Shown here: positions 1 through 9,831 of the stretch, one piece after another
Layout: each line of letters begins with the position of its first letter
Numbering within the stretch: the first letter of the stretch is position 1
Source of the DNA: an uncultured Gemmatimonadales bacterium
Lineage (GTDB): Bacteria > Gemmatimonadota > Gemmatimonadetes > Longimicrobiales > RSA9
NCBI GenBank assembly: GCA_963708135.1
Contig: OY970192.1
Span: 4,512,001 to 4,576,000, forward strand
Length of the DNA stretch: 64,000 nt
Direction of reading: 5' to 3'
Notes under the pieces: generated by a model
The model's input: only the letters and a program-made list of their open reading frames with translations
The model's database searches: none
What the model was told of the DNA's origin: nothing
Program-made: the position numbers and the translations under genes

Positions 1-2
1 CG

Positions 3-2321
3 CCGCCCGACGCGCTGGAGAACGTGCAGGCCGCGCTGCTCGGGATCCCCCGCTACGAGGCGGTCCGGGAGGACCTCCAGCGGGTGCTGGCCCGCAACCG
101 TCTGGTGACACGCGTGGACTCGATCCTGGCCGGCGCGGAGGAGGACGCGCCGCACGCCGGCATCGGCCCTCGCACCCACACCCTCTCGGGGGAGAGCTAC
201 GCGGACAGCGACCTCTCCGTCATGATCCGCCAGTATGGCATCGGCTACGGCGGCTACCACCGGCTCAAGGTGGCCGCGGTCAGCGATTTCCTCGCGGATG
301 TCTTTGCCTGCGCTGGCGGGCTCGACACCGGCTCTGACGAGTGGTACGGCGTGCGCTATCTCGTCCGCGCCTGGCGCGACGCGCACTACGTCCACTACCG
401 CTCCGAGGACGAGACCGGCCGCAAGCGGACAATGAACGCCTTCCTGTTGCGCTACGACCTGGACTACCGCGTGCGGCGCCTGGCCTACCTCAGGACCCGG
501 CTGGACGAGGTGACCGCAGGCGCCGGCCGGCTGTACGAGGCGCTGGTCCAGGAATCGGGCGCCCCCGCGCACGACGCGCTCAGGGAGCGGCTGTTCGCGG
601 TCCTGGCCGGTGTGGACGCCGCGCTCTCCCTCCTCACCGCCGAGCGCGAGGCGCTGCTCCACGGCCACGAGGCGACGATCCCCGCGGAGGATTCCGCGGC
701 CGCCGACTGGCTTCTCGTCCCGCCGCCGGCTGCGGGCGCCGCGGCCAGGGACTCGCTCGCGGCCGGCGTGGCGGCCACGGGGGTGACGGGCGAGCTGCTC
801 CGTGAGCTGCTGGCGCTCGACACGGACGAGGAGCGGCGCGCCTCCGCCGAGTGGCTGCTCGGCGTACGCGAGACTCCGGAGCCGGACCCCGGCCCGGGCC
901 GGCCGGCGCGGCTCGAGAGGGTGGCGCCGGCGCTGCCCGGCGCGCTGCCGCGCCGGCCGACGGAGCCCGCCGCCTTCGAGCGGCTGGCCGCGTCGATCGC
1001 CGACCGCATCGAGCGCGCGACCATGGCGGCCGGCCGCGTCGCCGGGACGGTCATGGGCGAGGACGCGGTGGGCCGCCTGGCGCGCCGCCTCTACGATGAG
1101 TTCGAGGCCATCGACCTCGTCGCCTATCCGCCGCTGTACGCGACCGAGGCGGGCGGCGAGCTGGACCGTGTGGACGTCTTCCGCGTCAGCCCCGAGGACG
1201 CCACGTCCCTGGTCGCCGACCCTGTCGATGCCCGCCGCAAGCTGGGCGGCGCGAGCTTCTACCACTTCGGCGCCTTCCTGGAGGAACGCTGGCGCCGGAA
1301 CGACATCCTGTGGGGCAGGCTGGACGGCGCCGAGCGCCTCGTCGCGACGGTGGTCCCGCGCGCACACGCCGGCCTGCGCGCCGCGCTGGTGCGGGAGGCG
1401 CAGGTCCCGATCGTGGCCGCCGAGCTCCGCAGCGCGGGCGCCGAGGTGCTCGGGCCGGTGGCCGCGCGCGCCCACACGCTGACCGATGCGGAGCTCTTCG
1501 ATGCCTTCCGCACCGACTACGAGCTCGACCGCCACCTCGACCCGGCCGGCAGCCTCCGCTCCGTGGGCCGCTCCACCACCATCATCGGCCGCATGCTCGA
1601 CGACCTGGCCGACCGGCGCGCCCGCGCCGCGCGGCCGCTCGCCGTCTGGGTGACCCGCCTGGGACGGACCTTCGCCGCCATGGTCGAGCTGGCCACCCCC
1701 GGAAGCTTCGCCCGGATCGGCGGAGCCCAGGTCGTGGCGCTCCTCTACCTCGCGGAGCTCCTCCTGCTGGGCGGCGGCTACGTGCTCGGCCAGCGCGAGG
1801 CCGTGGTGCTCGCGGCCAAGCTCCTCGCGCTCACGCTCGGCGCCCACACGCTGGTCACCCTGCTCGCGCTCTTCATCCGCGCGCCCCGCGGGCTACGCTG
1901 GGCCGCGTACGCCGTGGGACTGGCGATCCCGGTGGCCATCGGGTTCCTCTTCGGACGCGCCGTGCGCGGCCCGATCCCCGCCGCCGACGCCGTCGCCGGT
2001 CGGGCGTGGGCGTTCGTCCGCGGCCTGGCCGCCCTCGCGCCCCGCCGCGCGGTGGCCACGCTCCTCGGCCTCGCCGCGCTGGCGCTGCTCCCGCCCGCGT
2101 TCCGCACGGTCCACGGCCTGTGGACCCGGACCGGCGGCCGCCTCGTCCGCGCTGGCCGACGCCGCTTCTCCGCCTGGCGCGGCCGCCGCCGCCGCGCGGC
2201 CCCCGCGCCCGGCACTCCCGCCGGCGTCGCCGGCCTGCACCCCCAACCCGGCGTCGGCGCCGTGGCCGTGACCCGCCCTGGCCTGCTGCGCCGCTTCTGG
2301 CCGTTCGGCCGCCGCCCCTGA
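3..2321 (+). CDS. Patatin-related protein with DUF3376 domain and C-terminal membrane segments (5' truncated by window edge)
   Basis: Frame is open from the window start. Carries the DUF3376-type motif KLGGASFYHFGAFLEERWRRNDILWGRLDGAERLV and a hydrophobic C-terminus. Confidence 0.7.
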   Translation, partial: PPDALENVQAALLGIPRYEAVREDLQRVLARNRLVTRVDSILAGAEEDAPHAGIGPRTHTLSGESYADSDLSVMIRQYGIGYGGYHRLKVAAVSDFLADVFACAGGLDTGSDEWYGVRYLVRAWRDAHYVHYRSEDETGRKRTMNAFLLRYDLDYRVRRLAYLRTRLDEVTAGAGRLYEALVQESGAPAHDALRERLFAVLAGVDAALSLLTAEREALLHGHEATIPAEDSAAADWLLVPPPAAGAAARDSLAAGVAATGVTGELLRELLALDTDEERRASAEWLLGVRETPEPDPGPGRPARLERVAPALPGALPRRPTEPAAFERLAASIADRIERATMAAGRVAGTVMGEDAVGRLARRLYDEFEAIDLVAYPPLYATEAGGELDRVDVFRVSPEDATSLVADPVDARRKLGGASFYHFGAFLEERWRRNDILWGRLDGAERLVATVVPRAHAGLRAALVREAQVPIVAAELRSAGAEVLGPVAARAHTLTDAELFDAFRTDYELDRHLDPAGSLRSVGRSTTIIGRMLDDLADRRARAARPLAVWVTRLGRTFAAMVELATPGSFARIGGAQVVALLYLAELLLLGGGYVLGQREAVVLAAKLLALTLGAHTLVTLLALFIRAPRGLRWAAYAVGLAIPVAIGFLFGRAVRGPIPAADAVAGRAWAFVRGLAALAPRRAVATLLGLAALALLPPAFRTVHGLWTRTGGRLVRAGRRRFSAWRGRRRRAAPAPGTPAGVAGLHPQPGVGAVAVTRPGLLRRFWPFGRRP

Positions 2322-2398
2322 TGGGCGCCGGCGGCCGCTTGTCTACCGCCCGCTGCCGTCCCATTCTGCTCGGACGGATGCACGGCTAAGGAGGGGGC

Positions 2399-4063
2399 AT
2401 GGCCACGACCGAGGCACACACCGTCCGCGCGCCGCGTGGCGCCGAGCGCACCTGCAAGGGGTGGACGCAGGAAGCGGCGATGCGGATGCTCATGAACAAC
2501 CTGGATCCCGAGGTCGCGGAGCGGCCGGAGGACCTCGTCGTCTACGGCGGCACGGGGCGGGCGGCGAGGAGCTGGGAGGCGTACGAGGCCATCGTGCGCA
2601 CGCTCCGCGACCTCGAGGATGACGAGACGCTGCTCGTCCAGTCGGGCAAGCCGGTGGGCGTCTTCCGCACCACGCCGCACGCGCCCCGCGTCCTCATTGC
2701 CAACGCCAACCTGGTCGGCCGCTGGGCCAGCTGGGAGTACTTCCGGGAGCTCGAGCGGCAGGGCCTCATCATGTACGGCCAGATGACCGCCGGCTCCTGG
2801 ATCTACATCGGCACGCAAGGCATCCTCCAGGGCACCTACGAGACCTTCGGCGCCGTGGCCCGGAAGCACTTCGGCGGCTCGCTGCGCGGCCGCTGGCTGC
2901 TCACCGGCGGCATGGGCGGCATGGGCGGCGCGCAGCCGCTCGCGGCCACCATGAACGAGGCCGCGATCCTCGTCGTCGAGGTCGATCCCGCCCGCATCGA
3001 GCGCCGCGTCTCGACCGGCTACTGCGACCGCATGACGGCCGATCTCGACGAGGCGCTCGCCTGGGTGACCCGCGCCGCGGAGACCGGCGAGCCGCTGTCC
3101 GTCGGGCTCATCGGCAACTGCGCCGACGTGCTGCCCGAGCTCGCCCGCCGCGGCGTCGTCCCCGACGTGCTCACCGACCAGACCTCGGCCCACGACCCGC
3201 TGAACGGCTACGTCCCCGCCGGCCTCTCGCTCGCGCAGGCCGCCCGCCTGCGCGAGCGCGACCCGGAGGATTACGTCCGCCGCGCGCGCGCCTCCATCGC
3301 CCGCCACTGCGAGGCCATGGTCGCGCTCATGCGCGCGGGCGCCGTGACCTTCGACTACGGCAACAACCTGCGGGGCGAGGCGGCGGAGGCGGGCTACGGG
3401 GAGGCGTTCGCCTTCCCCGGCTTCGTGCCCGCCTACATCCGGCCGCTCTTCTGCGAGGGCAAGGGCCCCTTCCGCTGGGCGGCCCTCTCCGGCGAGGCGG
3501 CCGACATCCACCGCACGGACGACCTGGTGCTCGAGCTCTTCCCCGAAGACGAGCACCTGGCGCGCTGGATCCGCCTGGCGCGCGAGAAGGTCCAGTTCCA
3601 GGGGCTGCCCGCCCGCATCTGCTGGCTCGGCCAGGGCGACCGCGCGAAGTTCGGCGTGGCCATCAACGACCTCGTCGCGAGCGGCGAGATCGCCGCCCCG
3701 ATCGTGATCGGGCGCGACCATCTGGACACGGGAAGCGTCGCCTCCCCGTACCGCGAGACGGAGTCGATGAAGGACGGTTCCGACGCCATCGCGGACTGGC
3801 CGATCCTGAACGCGCTGCTGAACACCGCCTCCGGCGCCAGCTGGGTCAGCTTCCACCACGGCGGCGGCGTGGGCATCGGCAACTCGCTCCACGCCGGCCA
3901 GGTGCTGGTGGCCGACGGCACGGACGAGATGAGGGAGCGCATCGAGCGCGTGCTCACGAACGATCCCGGCATCGGCGTCGCGCGCCACGCGGACGCGGGC
4001 TACGAGGAGGCGGTCGAGACGGCCCGCGCCCACGGCATCCGCCTGCCGATGATCGAGACCTGA
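2399..4063 (+). CDS. hutU: Urocanate hydratase
   Basis: 554 aa with hallmark motifs [59 protein letters not shown] and [17 protein letters not shown] upstream. Confidence 0.97.
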   Translation: MATTEAHTVRAPRGAERTCKGWTQEAAMRMLMNNLDPEVAERPEDLVVYGGTGRAARSWEAYEAIVRTLRDLEDDETLLVQSGKPVGVFRTTPHAPRVLIANANLVGRWASWEYFRELERQGLIMYGQMTAGSWIYIGTQGILQGTYETFGAVARKHFGGSLRGRWLLTGGMGGMGGAQPLAATMNEAAILVVEVDPARIERRVSTGYCDRMTADLDEALAWVTRAAETGEPLSVGLIGNCADVLPELARRGVVPDVLTDQTSAHDPLNGYVPAGLSLAQAARLRERDPEDYVRRARASIARHCEAMVALMRAGAVTFDYGNNLRGEAAEAGYGEAFAFPGFVPAYIRPLFCEGKGPFRWAALSGEAADIHRTDDLVLELFPEDEHLARWIRLAREKVQFQGLPARICWLGQGDRAKFGVAINDLVASGEIAAPIVIGRDHLDTGSVASPYRETESMKDGSDAIADWPILNALLNTASGASWVSFHHGGGVGIGNSLHAGQVLVADGTDEMRERIERVLTNDPGIGVARHADAGYEEAVETARAHGIRLPMIET

Positions 4064-4120
4064 TGGCGACGCACCCGCCGCCGGCCCGCCGGCGCGCCGC
4101 GCCCGCCCGCGGCTGAGCGC

Positions 4121-5617
4121 ATGCCGATCCTCGTCCCCGACCTGCTCTACGTCCATGGCCGCTTCCTGCCCGGACTGGCCGTGGACTGCGACGCCGCCAC
4201 CGGCCGCATCCGCCGCGTCGGCCCGACCGAGGCGCTCGTCTCCGCCGGCAGCCCGGAGACGCTGCTCGCGGGCGGCCCCGCCGCGGAGCTGGGGCCCGAC
4301 GCCACCGCCGCCGAGTTCCTCGAGGACCGCGACGCCACGGAGCGCCTCCCCGGCCGCGCGCTCCTGCCCGGCTTCGTGAACGCCCACTCGCACGCGTTCC
4401 AGCGCCTCATCCGCGGCCGCACCCAGTGGCGCCCGGCCGACCGGCCCGAGGCCGACTTCTGGAGCTGGCGCGAGGCCATGTACGGCGCCGCTCAGATCCT
4501 CTCCCCCGACGACGTCTTCCACGCCAGCCGCTTCGCGTTCCTCGAGATGCTGCGCGCCGGCTTCACCAGCGTGGGGGAGTTCCACTACCTGCACCGCGAT
4601 CCCTCGGGCGAGCCGTACGCCGAGCCGAACGAGCTGGCGCGGCGGGTGCTCGACGCCGCGGGCGAGGTCGGCATCCGCATCGCGCTGCTGCAGGTCTGCT
4701 ACGCGGCCGGCGGCATCGGCCGGCCGCTCGGCGAGGCGCAGCGCCGCTTCGCCACGCCCGACCTGGACGGCTTCCTGGCCGGCTGCGAGGCCCTCGGCCG
4801 CGCCGTCGAGGATCGCCCGCTCGCCTCCCTCGGCGTGGCGCCGCACAGCGTGCGCGCCGTGCCCCGGGACTGGCTCGCGCCCCTTCACGCCTGGGCCGCG
4901 CAGCGCCGCCGGCCGTTCCACATCCATGCGAGCGAGCAGCGCGCAGAGGTCGAGGCCGCGCTCGAGGCCTACGGCCTCCGGCCGCTGGCGCTGCTCGCCG
5001 AGGAGGGCGTGCTCGACGCGCGCACGACGGCCGTCCACGCCACGCACATCGACGAGGAGGAGATCCGGCTGCTGGCGCGGTCCGGCGCCACCGTCTGCGC
5101 CTGCCCGACCACCGAGCGCGACCTGGGCGACGGCTTCCTCCCCGGTGCCTCCCTCCTCGCGGCCGGCGTGCCGGTCGCGCTCGGCAGCGACAGCCAGACC
5201 GTGATCGACCCGCTCGAGGAGATGCGGCTCCTCGAGTACCACGAGCGCCTGCGCGCCGAGCGCCGCGTGCTGCTCGCCGCGCCCGCCCCCGACCACCCCG
5301 ACCGCGTGGAGGTGGCCGGCACGCTCCTCCGCGCCGGCACGGTGGCCGGCGCGCGCTCTCTCGGCCTCGAGGCCGGCGAGATCCGCGACGGCGCGCTGGC
5401 GGACCTCGTCGCCTTCGACCTCGCTCACCCCGCGCTCGCGGGGTGGACCGAGGAGACGCTCGCGGCGATGATCGCCCTGTCCGCGCCGCCCGCCGCGATT
5501 CGCGACGTCTGGGTCGCGGGGGTCCGCCGCGTCGAGGGCGGCCGCCACACGCTCGATGCATCCGCCGCACTCTCCTTCCGCGAGGTGGCCGGCCGGCTGC
5601 TCGGAGACACCGCGTGA
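4121..5617 (+). CDS. hutF: Formimidoylglutamate deiminase (amidohydrolase family)
   Basis: Motifs PGFVNAHSHAFQR, FWSWREAMY, GEFHYLH, APHSVRAV, HIHASEQ, CPTTERDLGDG and GSDS; adjacent to hutU. Confidence 0.9.
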   Translation: MPILVPDLLYVHGRFLPGLAVDCDAATGRIRRVGPTEALVSAGSPETLLAGGPAAELGPDATAAEFLEDRDATERLPGRALLPGFVNAHSHAFQRLIRGRTQWRPADRPEADFWSWREAMYGAAQILSPDDVFHASRFAFLEMLRAGFTSVGEFHYLHRDPSGEPYAEPNELARRVLDAAGEVGIRIALLQVCYAAGGIGRPLGEAQRRFATPDLDGFLAGCEALGRAVEDRPLASLGVAPHSVRAVPRDWLAPLHAWAAQRRRPFHIHASEQRAEVEAALEAYGLRPLALLAEEGVLDARTTAVHATHIDEEEIRLLARSGATVCACPTTERDLGDGFLPGASLLAAGVPVALGSDSQTVIDPLEEMRLLEYHERLRAERRVLLAAPAPDHPDRVEVAGTLLRAGTVAGARSLGLEAGEIRDGALADLVAFDLAHPALAGWTEETLAAMIALSAPPAAIRDVWVAGVRRVEGGRHTLDASAALSFREVAGRLLGDTA

Positions 5618-7758
5618 GCGCAGCCCGTCCGGTGACGCCCGGCCGACCCGCCGCCGCCCTCCTGGCCCTCCTCCTCGCCGGGGCCGCCCGGCCGCTCGCG
5701 GCGCAGCGCGAGCCGCTCACGGGGTTCACGCCGCAGGGCTCGGCCGCGGAGCGCGCGCTGGAAGCCGACGCCGTGGCCCGGATCGCGCCGGCCGAGCTCG
5801 ACTCGTTCTCGTACGCGCTGACGCGCCGGCCCCATGTGGCGGGCTCGCCCGAGCAGGCCGCCACCCGGGACTGGGTGCTCGACCACACGCGCGACTGGGG
5901 GCTCCGCAGCGAGTCGAAGGGCTACAGCGTCTACCTGCCGTGGCCCACGGCCCTCTCGCTCGAGATGATCGTGCCGGAGCACCGCGCTTTCGAGCTGCAC
6001 GCGCAGGCGCTCGAGGGGGATCCGACCAGCGCGCTGCCGCAGTTCCCGTGGGTGAACGGCTACTCCGGCACGGGCACGGCGGTCGGGCCGCTCGTCTACG
6101 TCAACTACGGCCTGTACGAGGACTACGCCGCGCTCGACTCGCTGGGCGTGAGCGTGAAGGGGAGGGTCGTGCTGGCCCGCTATGGCCGCTCGTACCGCGG
6201 CATCAAGGCCCGCCTCGCGCAGCAGCACGGCGCATCGGCGCTGATCATCTACTCGGACCCCGAAGACGACGGCTTCGTGCGCGGCGACGTCTTCCCCGAC
6301 GGGCCGTACCGCAATCCGAGCGCGGCGCAGCGCGGCAGCGTGCTGAACGGCGACGGCGATCCCACCACCCCGGGCTGGCCGAGCACGTCCGGCGCGAAGC
6401 GGGTGGATCCCACGAGCACGCCGTGGCTCGAGTTGCCCACCATCCCGGTGATCCCGGTGAGCTATCGCGTGGCCGAGCCGCTGCTCCGTGCGCTGCACGG
6501 GGCCGACCTGCCGCAGCAGGCGTGGCAGGGTGGACTGCCGTTCCGCTACCACGTCGGGCCGGGGCCCGCGGCCGTGCGCGTCACCGTGGCCGATGACCGG
6601 GCCACGCGCGGGATGAAGGACATCTGGAACACCGTCGCGTGGGTGCCTGGCTCGGAGCGGCCGGGCGAGTGGATCGTGATCGGCGGGCATCGCGACGCGT
6701 GGGATGCGGGCGCGAACGACAACGTGAGCGGGACGAGCGCGGTGCTCGCCGCCGCGCGCGCCGTCGCCGAGCTGGCGCGGGAAGGGAAGGGGCCCCGCCG
6801 CACGCTGGTCTTCGCCACCTGGGACGCCGAGGAATGGGGACTGACCGGCTCGGTCGAGTGGGTCGAGGAGATGGCGGACCAGCTCGGCGCGAACGCCGTG
6901 GCCTATATCAACCAGGATGCCATCGCCAGCGGCGCGCGCTTCGGCGCGAGCGCCTCGCCCTCGCTCAAGGCCTTCGTCCGCGGCGTCACCCGCGCCGTGA
7001 CCTCGCCCGAGGGCGGCACGGTCTACGACCACTGGAGGGAGGAGGGGCCCCCCGCGCCGGCGGCGGATGGCGACGTCGCCCTCGGAAACCTCGGCGGCGG
7101 CAGCGACTTCGCCGGCTTCTACAACCACCTGGGCATCCCCAGCGCCTCCTGGGGCTTCGGCGGCGGCAGCGGCGAGTACCACTCGACCTACGACGACTAT
7201 ACCTTCGAGTCCGAGTACGGCGACCCCGGCTTCGTCCACCACGCCGCCAGCGCACGGCTCGCGGCCGTGGCCGCGCTGCGGCTGGCCGATGCCGCCGTGC
7301 TGCCCTACGATTACGGCGAGTTCGCGCGCGAGCTGCGCGCGGCCGTCTTCCGGCTGCAACGCCAGGCCGTGGACGCGCAGCTCGACAATGCGGCCCTGGT
7401 CCGCCTGGACAGCGCGTTCGCGCGCATGGAGGAAGCCGCGGCCGCGTTCGCCGGCGCCCGCGACGCCGCGCTCGTCCGCGCCGCGCCGCCCGCCGCGCTC
7501 GACTCGGCCAACCGGCACCTCATGCTCGTGGAGCGGTCCATGACCCGCCCCGAGGGGCTGCCCGGCCGGCCGTGGATGAAGAACCTCGCCTTCGCCTCCG
7601 ACTTCCGGAACGGCTACGCCACGATCGTGCTGCCGGCGGTGGCCGAGGCCATTCGCGCGGCCGACGCCGGGCGCATGGCCGTGGAGGCCGACGACCTGGC
7701 CCGGCGGGTGGCTGCCGCCACCGAACACCTCCGCCAGGCCGCCGCCGCGCTCCGCTGA
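5614..7758 (+). CDS. Secreted M28 peptidase, glutamate carboxypeptidase II / transferrin-receptor-like (PA domain and TfR dimerisation domain)
   Basis: GTG start overlaps the hutF stop (GTGA). Signal peptide ending PLAAQ; motifs YVNYG, QRGSV, GDPTTPGW, GGHRDAW, DNVSG, WDAEEWG and YHSTYD. Confidence 0.88.
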   Translation: MSAARPVTPGRPAAALLALLLAGAARPLAAQREPLTGFTPQGSAAERALEADAVARIAPAELDSFSYALTRRPHVAGSPEQAATRDWVLDHTRDWGLRSESKGYSVYLPWPTALSLEMIVPEHRAFELHAQALEGDPTSALPQFPWVNGYSGTGTAVGPLVYVNYGLYEDYAALDSLGVSVKGRVVLARYGRSYRGIKARLAQQHGASALIIYSDPEDDGFVRGDVFPDGPYRNPSAAQRGSVLNGDGDPTTPGWPSTSGAKRVDPTSTPWLELPTIPVIPVSYRVAEPLLRALHGADLPQQAWQGGLPFRYHVGPGPAAVRVTVADDRATRGMKDIWNTVAWVPGSERPGEWIVIGGHRDAWDAGANDNVSGTSAVLAAARAVAELAREGKGPRRTLVFATWDAEEWGLTGSVEWVEEMADQLGANAVAYINQDAIASGARFGASASPSLKAFVRGVTRAVTSPEGGTVYDHWREEGPPAPAADGDVALGNLGGGSDFAGFYNHLGIPSASWGFGGGSGEYHSTYDDYTFESEYGDPGFVHHAASARLAAVAALRLADAAVLPYDYGEFARELRAAVFRLQRQAVDAQLDNAALVRLDSAFARMEEAAAAFAGARDAALVRAAPPAALDSANRHLMLVERSMTRPEGLPGRPWMKNLAFASDFRNGYATIVLPAVAEAIRAADAGRMAVEADDLARRVAAATEHLRQAAAALR

Positions 7759-7820
7759 CGGGTGACCTCACCGGCCCCGGCGTGCCGCCTTGGCGGCGCG
7801 CCGGCGGCAAGGGAGACGTG

Positions 7821-8945
7821 ATGGGCAGCTTCCGGCTGGGCAGGATCTTCGGCTTCGAGATCCGGATCGACTTCTCCTGGTTCATCATCTTCTTCCTGAT
7901 CCTGTGGACCTTCACCTTCGCCGTATTCCCGCAGAGCGCGCCCGGCCTCCCGCGCGGGGCCTATGTCGCCATGGGCCTCATCGGGACGCTCCTCTTCTTC
8001 GCCTCGCTCCTCACCCATGAGCTGTCCCACTCCTTCGTGGCGCGCGCGAAGGGCATTCCGGTCGAGGGGATCACCCTCTTCATCTTCGGCGGGATGGCGC
8101 GGACCCGCGCCGAGGCGGCCAGTCCGGGCGACGAGTTCGTCATCGCCGGCGTCGGCCCGCTCACGAGCCTCGGGCTCGGGCTGGTCCTGGGGCTGGTCTG
8201 GTGGCTCGGCACCAGCTGGGGGTGGAGCCCGGCCGTGACGGCCGTGGCTCAGTACGTCGGCTCGCTCAACGTGCTGATCGCCGTCTTCAACCTGCTGCCT
8301 GGATTCCCGCTCGATGGCGGCCGCCTGTTCCGCGCCATCACCTGGAAGCTGACCGGCGACCTCGGCCGCGCGACCCGCCTGTCCACGACCGGCGGCCGCT
8401 GGCTCGGCTACCTGCTGGTCGGCCTCGGCCTCTGGCAGGCCTTCACCGGCGCCGTGCTGGACGGGCTGTGGCTCGTCTTCATCGGCTGGTTCCTCCGCAA
8501 CGCCGCCGCATCGAGCTACCAGCAGCACGTGCTGCTCCAGGTGCTCTCCCGCGTGCCGGCCCGCGAGGCGATGACGCCGCACCCCGAGACGGTCGTCCCG
8601 GACCTCTCGCTCCAGCAGGTGGCCGACGAGCACTTCCTCCGGCGCCGCTTCCTGGGCTACCCCGTGGTCGAGGACGGGCGCACGCTGGGCTTCATCACCC
8701 TCGACCAGGTGCGCGCCGTGCCCCGCGAGCAGTGGCCGGCCCGCTCCGTGCGTGAGACCATGGCCCCCCGGGACGAGGCCTGGGTCGTCCGGCCGGACGT
8801 GGACATGAGCACGGTCCTCGAGCGCCTCGAGGACTCCCCCGTCCGACGCGTGCTCGTCGAGCGGGACGGTGTCCTCGAGGGCCTCATCACCGCGGCCGAC
8901 GTGGCCGGCTGGCTGCGCCGCGTGCGCGCGCTTCCCGGCTCCTGA
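7821..8945 (+). CDS. Site-2 protease (M50) with C-terminal CBS pair
   Basis: HELSH zinc motif, FNLLPGFPLDGGR, multiple TM helices and CBS-type C-terminus. GGAG RBS before the ATG at 7821. Confidence 0.92.
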   Translation: MGSFRLGRIFGFEIRIDFSWFIIFFLILWTFTFAVFPQSAPGLPRGAYVAMGLIGTLLFFASLLTHELSHSFVARAKGIPVEGITLFIFGGMARTRAEAASPGDEFVIAGVGPLTSLGLGLVLGLVWWLGTSWGWSPAVTAVAQYVGSLNVLIAVFNLLPGFPLDGGRLFRAITWKLTGDLGRATRLSTTGGRWLGYLLVGLGLWQAFTGAVLDGLWLVFIGWFLRNAAASSYQQHVLLQVLSRVPAREAMTPHPETVVPDLSLQQVADEHFLRRRFLGYPVVEDGRTLGFITLDQVRAVPREQWPARSVRETMAPRDEAWVVRPDVDMSTVLERLEDSPVRRVLVERDGVLEGLITAADVAGWLRRVRALPGS

Positions 8946-8994
8946 GCCGCCCGTGCCGACCGTTCCCGACCGTCCCAGCCAGCGTGGAGACGCG

Positions 8995-9831
8995 ATGCCC
9001 GACCCGTTCGAGATCCCCGCCCACCGGCTGCCGCCCGGCTTCGCCGAGCGCATCGACGCGCCTCCGGGGAAGCCGGCCGAGACGCGGCCCGCCGCGACCG
9101 CCGTGCTGCTCCGCGACGCGGATCTCGGTCCCGAGACTCTGCTGCTCCGCCGCCCCCGCGCGAGCGGGTTCGTCCCCGGCGCGTACGTCTTCCCCGGCGG
9201 CCGCGTCGACGAGGCCGATGCCGAGCCCGGGCTCCTCGGGCGCGTCGTCGGCATGCCGGCCGCGCCGGAGCCGCCCGCGCCCTACTGGATCGCTGCGGCC
9301 AGGGAGGTGTTCGAGGAGACCGGCGTGCTGCTCGCCACCGACGGCGTTGGCCGGCCCGCGCCGGACGCCGCCAGCGACCGCCGCATGGGCGACTGGCGCG
9401 AGTCGCTGCTCGCCGAGGAGGCCGTGCTCCTCGACGTGCTCGCCGAGGGATCGCTCGCGCTCGACTTCTCCCGGACCGTCTACTGCGCCCACTGGATCAC
9501 GCCGCTCGCGGAACCGCGCCGCTACGACACCCGCTTCTTCCTGGCGGCGCTGCCCGCCGGGCGCGAGGCCACGCACGACCCCCGCGAGATGACCGACGCC
9601 CTCTGGCTCGCGCCCGCCGCCGCGCTCGAGCGCTTCGCCGCCGGCCGCTTGCCGATGGTCTTCCCGACCGTCAAGATGCTGGAGCGGCTCGCCGGCTTCC
9701 ACTCCGTCGCGGAGGCGCTGGAGGCGTTCCGCGGCCGCCGCGTGCGCGCGGTGCTCCCACGCCTCGTGCGTACGGGCTCCGGCGTCGCCATCGTCGTCGA
9801 GGATGAGTCTTCCGGAGAACGACCCGAATGA
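8995..9831 (+). CDS. NUDIX hydrolase (NUDT19-like, possible acyl-CoA diphosphatase)
   Basis: Split Nudix box FPGGRVDEAD...AAAREVFEETGV plus HWITP..RRYDTRFF. Confidence 0.82.
   Translation: MPDPFEIPAHRLPPGFAERIDAPPGKPAETRPAATAVLLRDADLGPETLLLRRPRASGFVPGAYVFPGGRVDEADAEPGLLGRVVGMPAAPEPPAPYWIAAAREVFEETGVLLATDGVGRPAPDAASDRRMGDWRESLLAEEAVLLDVLAEGSLALDFSRTVYCAHWITPLAEPRRYDTRFFLAALPAGREATHDPREMTDALWLAPAAALERFAAGRLPMVFPTVKMLERLAGFHSVAEALEAFRGRRVRAVLPRLVRTGSGVAIVVEDESSGERPE

Noticed and set aside
1778..5548. 1256-aa minus-strand ORF
   Set aside because: Antisense shadow of hutU/hutF caused by high GC3 codon bias; no recognisable motifs.
4426..5613. Apparent long N-terminal extension of the M28 peptidase (and similar extensions on the M50, mlaE, VPS10, permease and luxC ORFs)
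   Set aside because: Arg/Pro-rich off-frame read-through overlapping real genes. True starts were chosen from RBS, stop/start overlaps and signal peptides.
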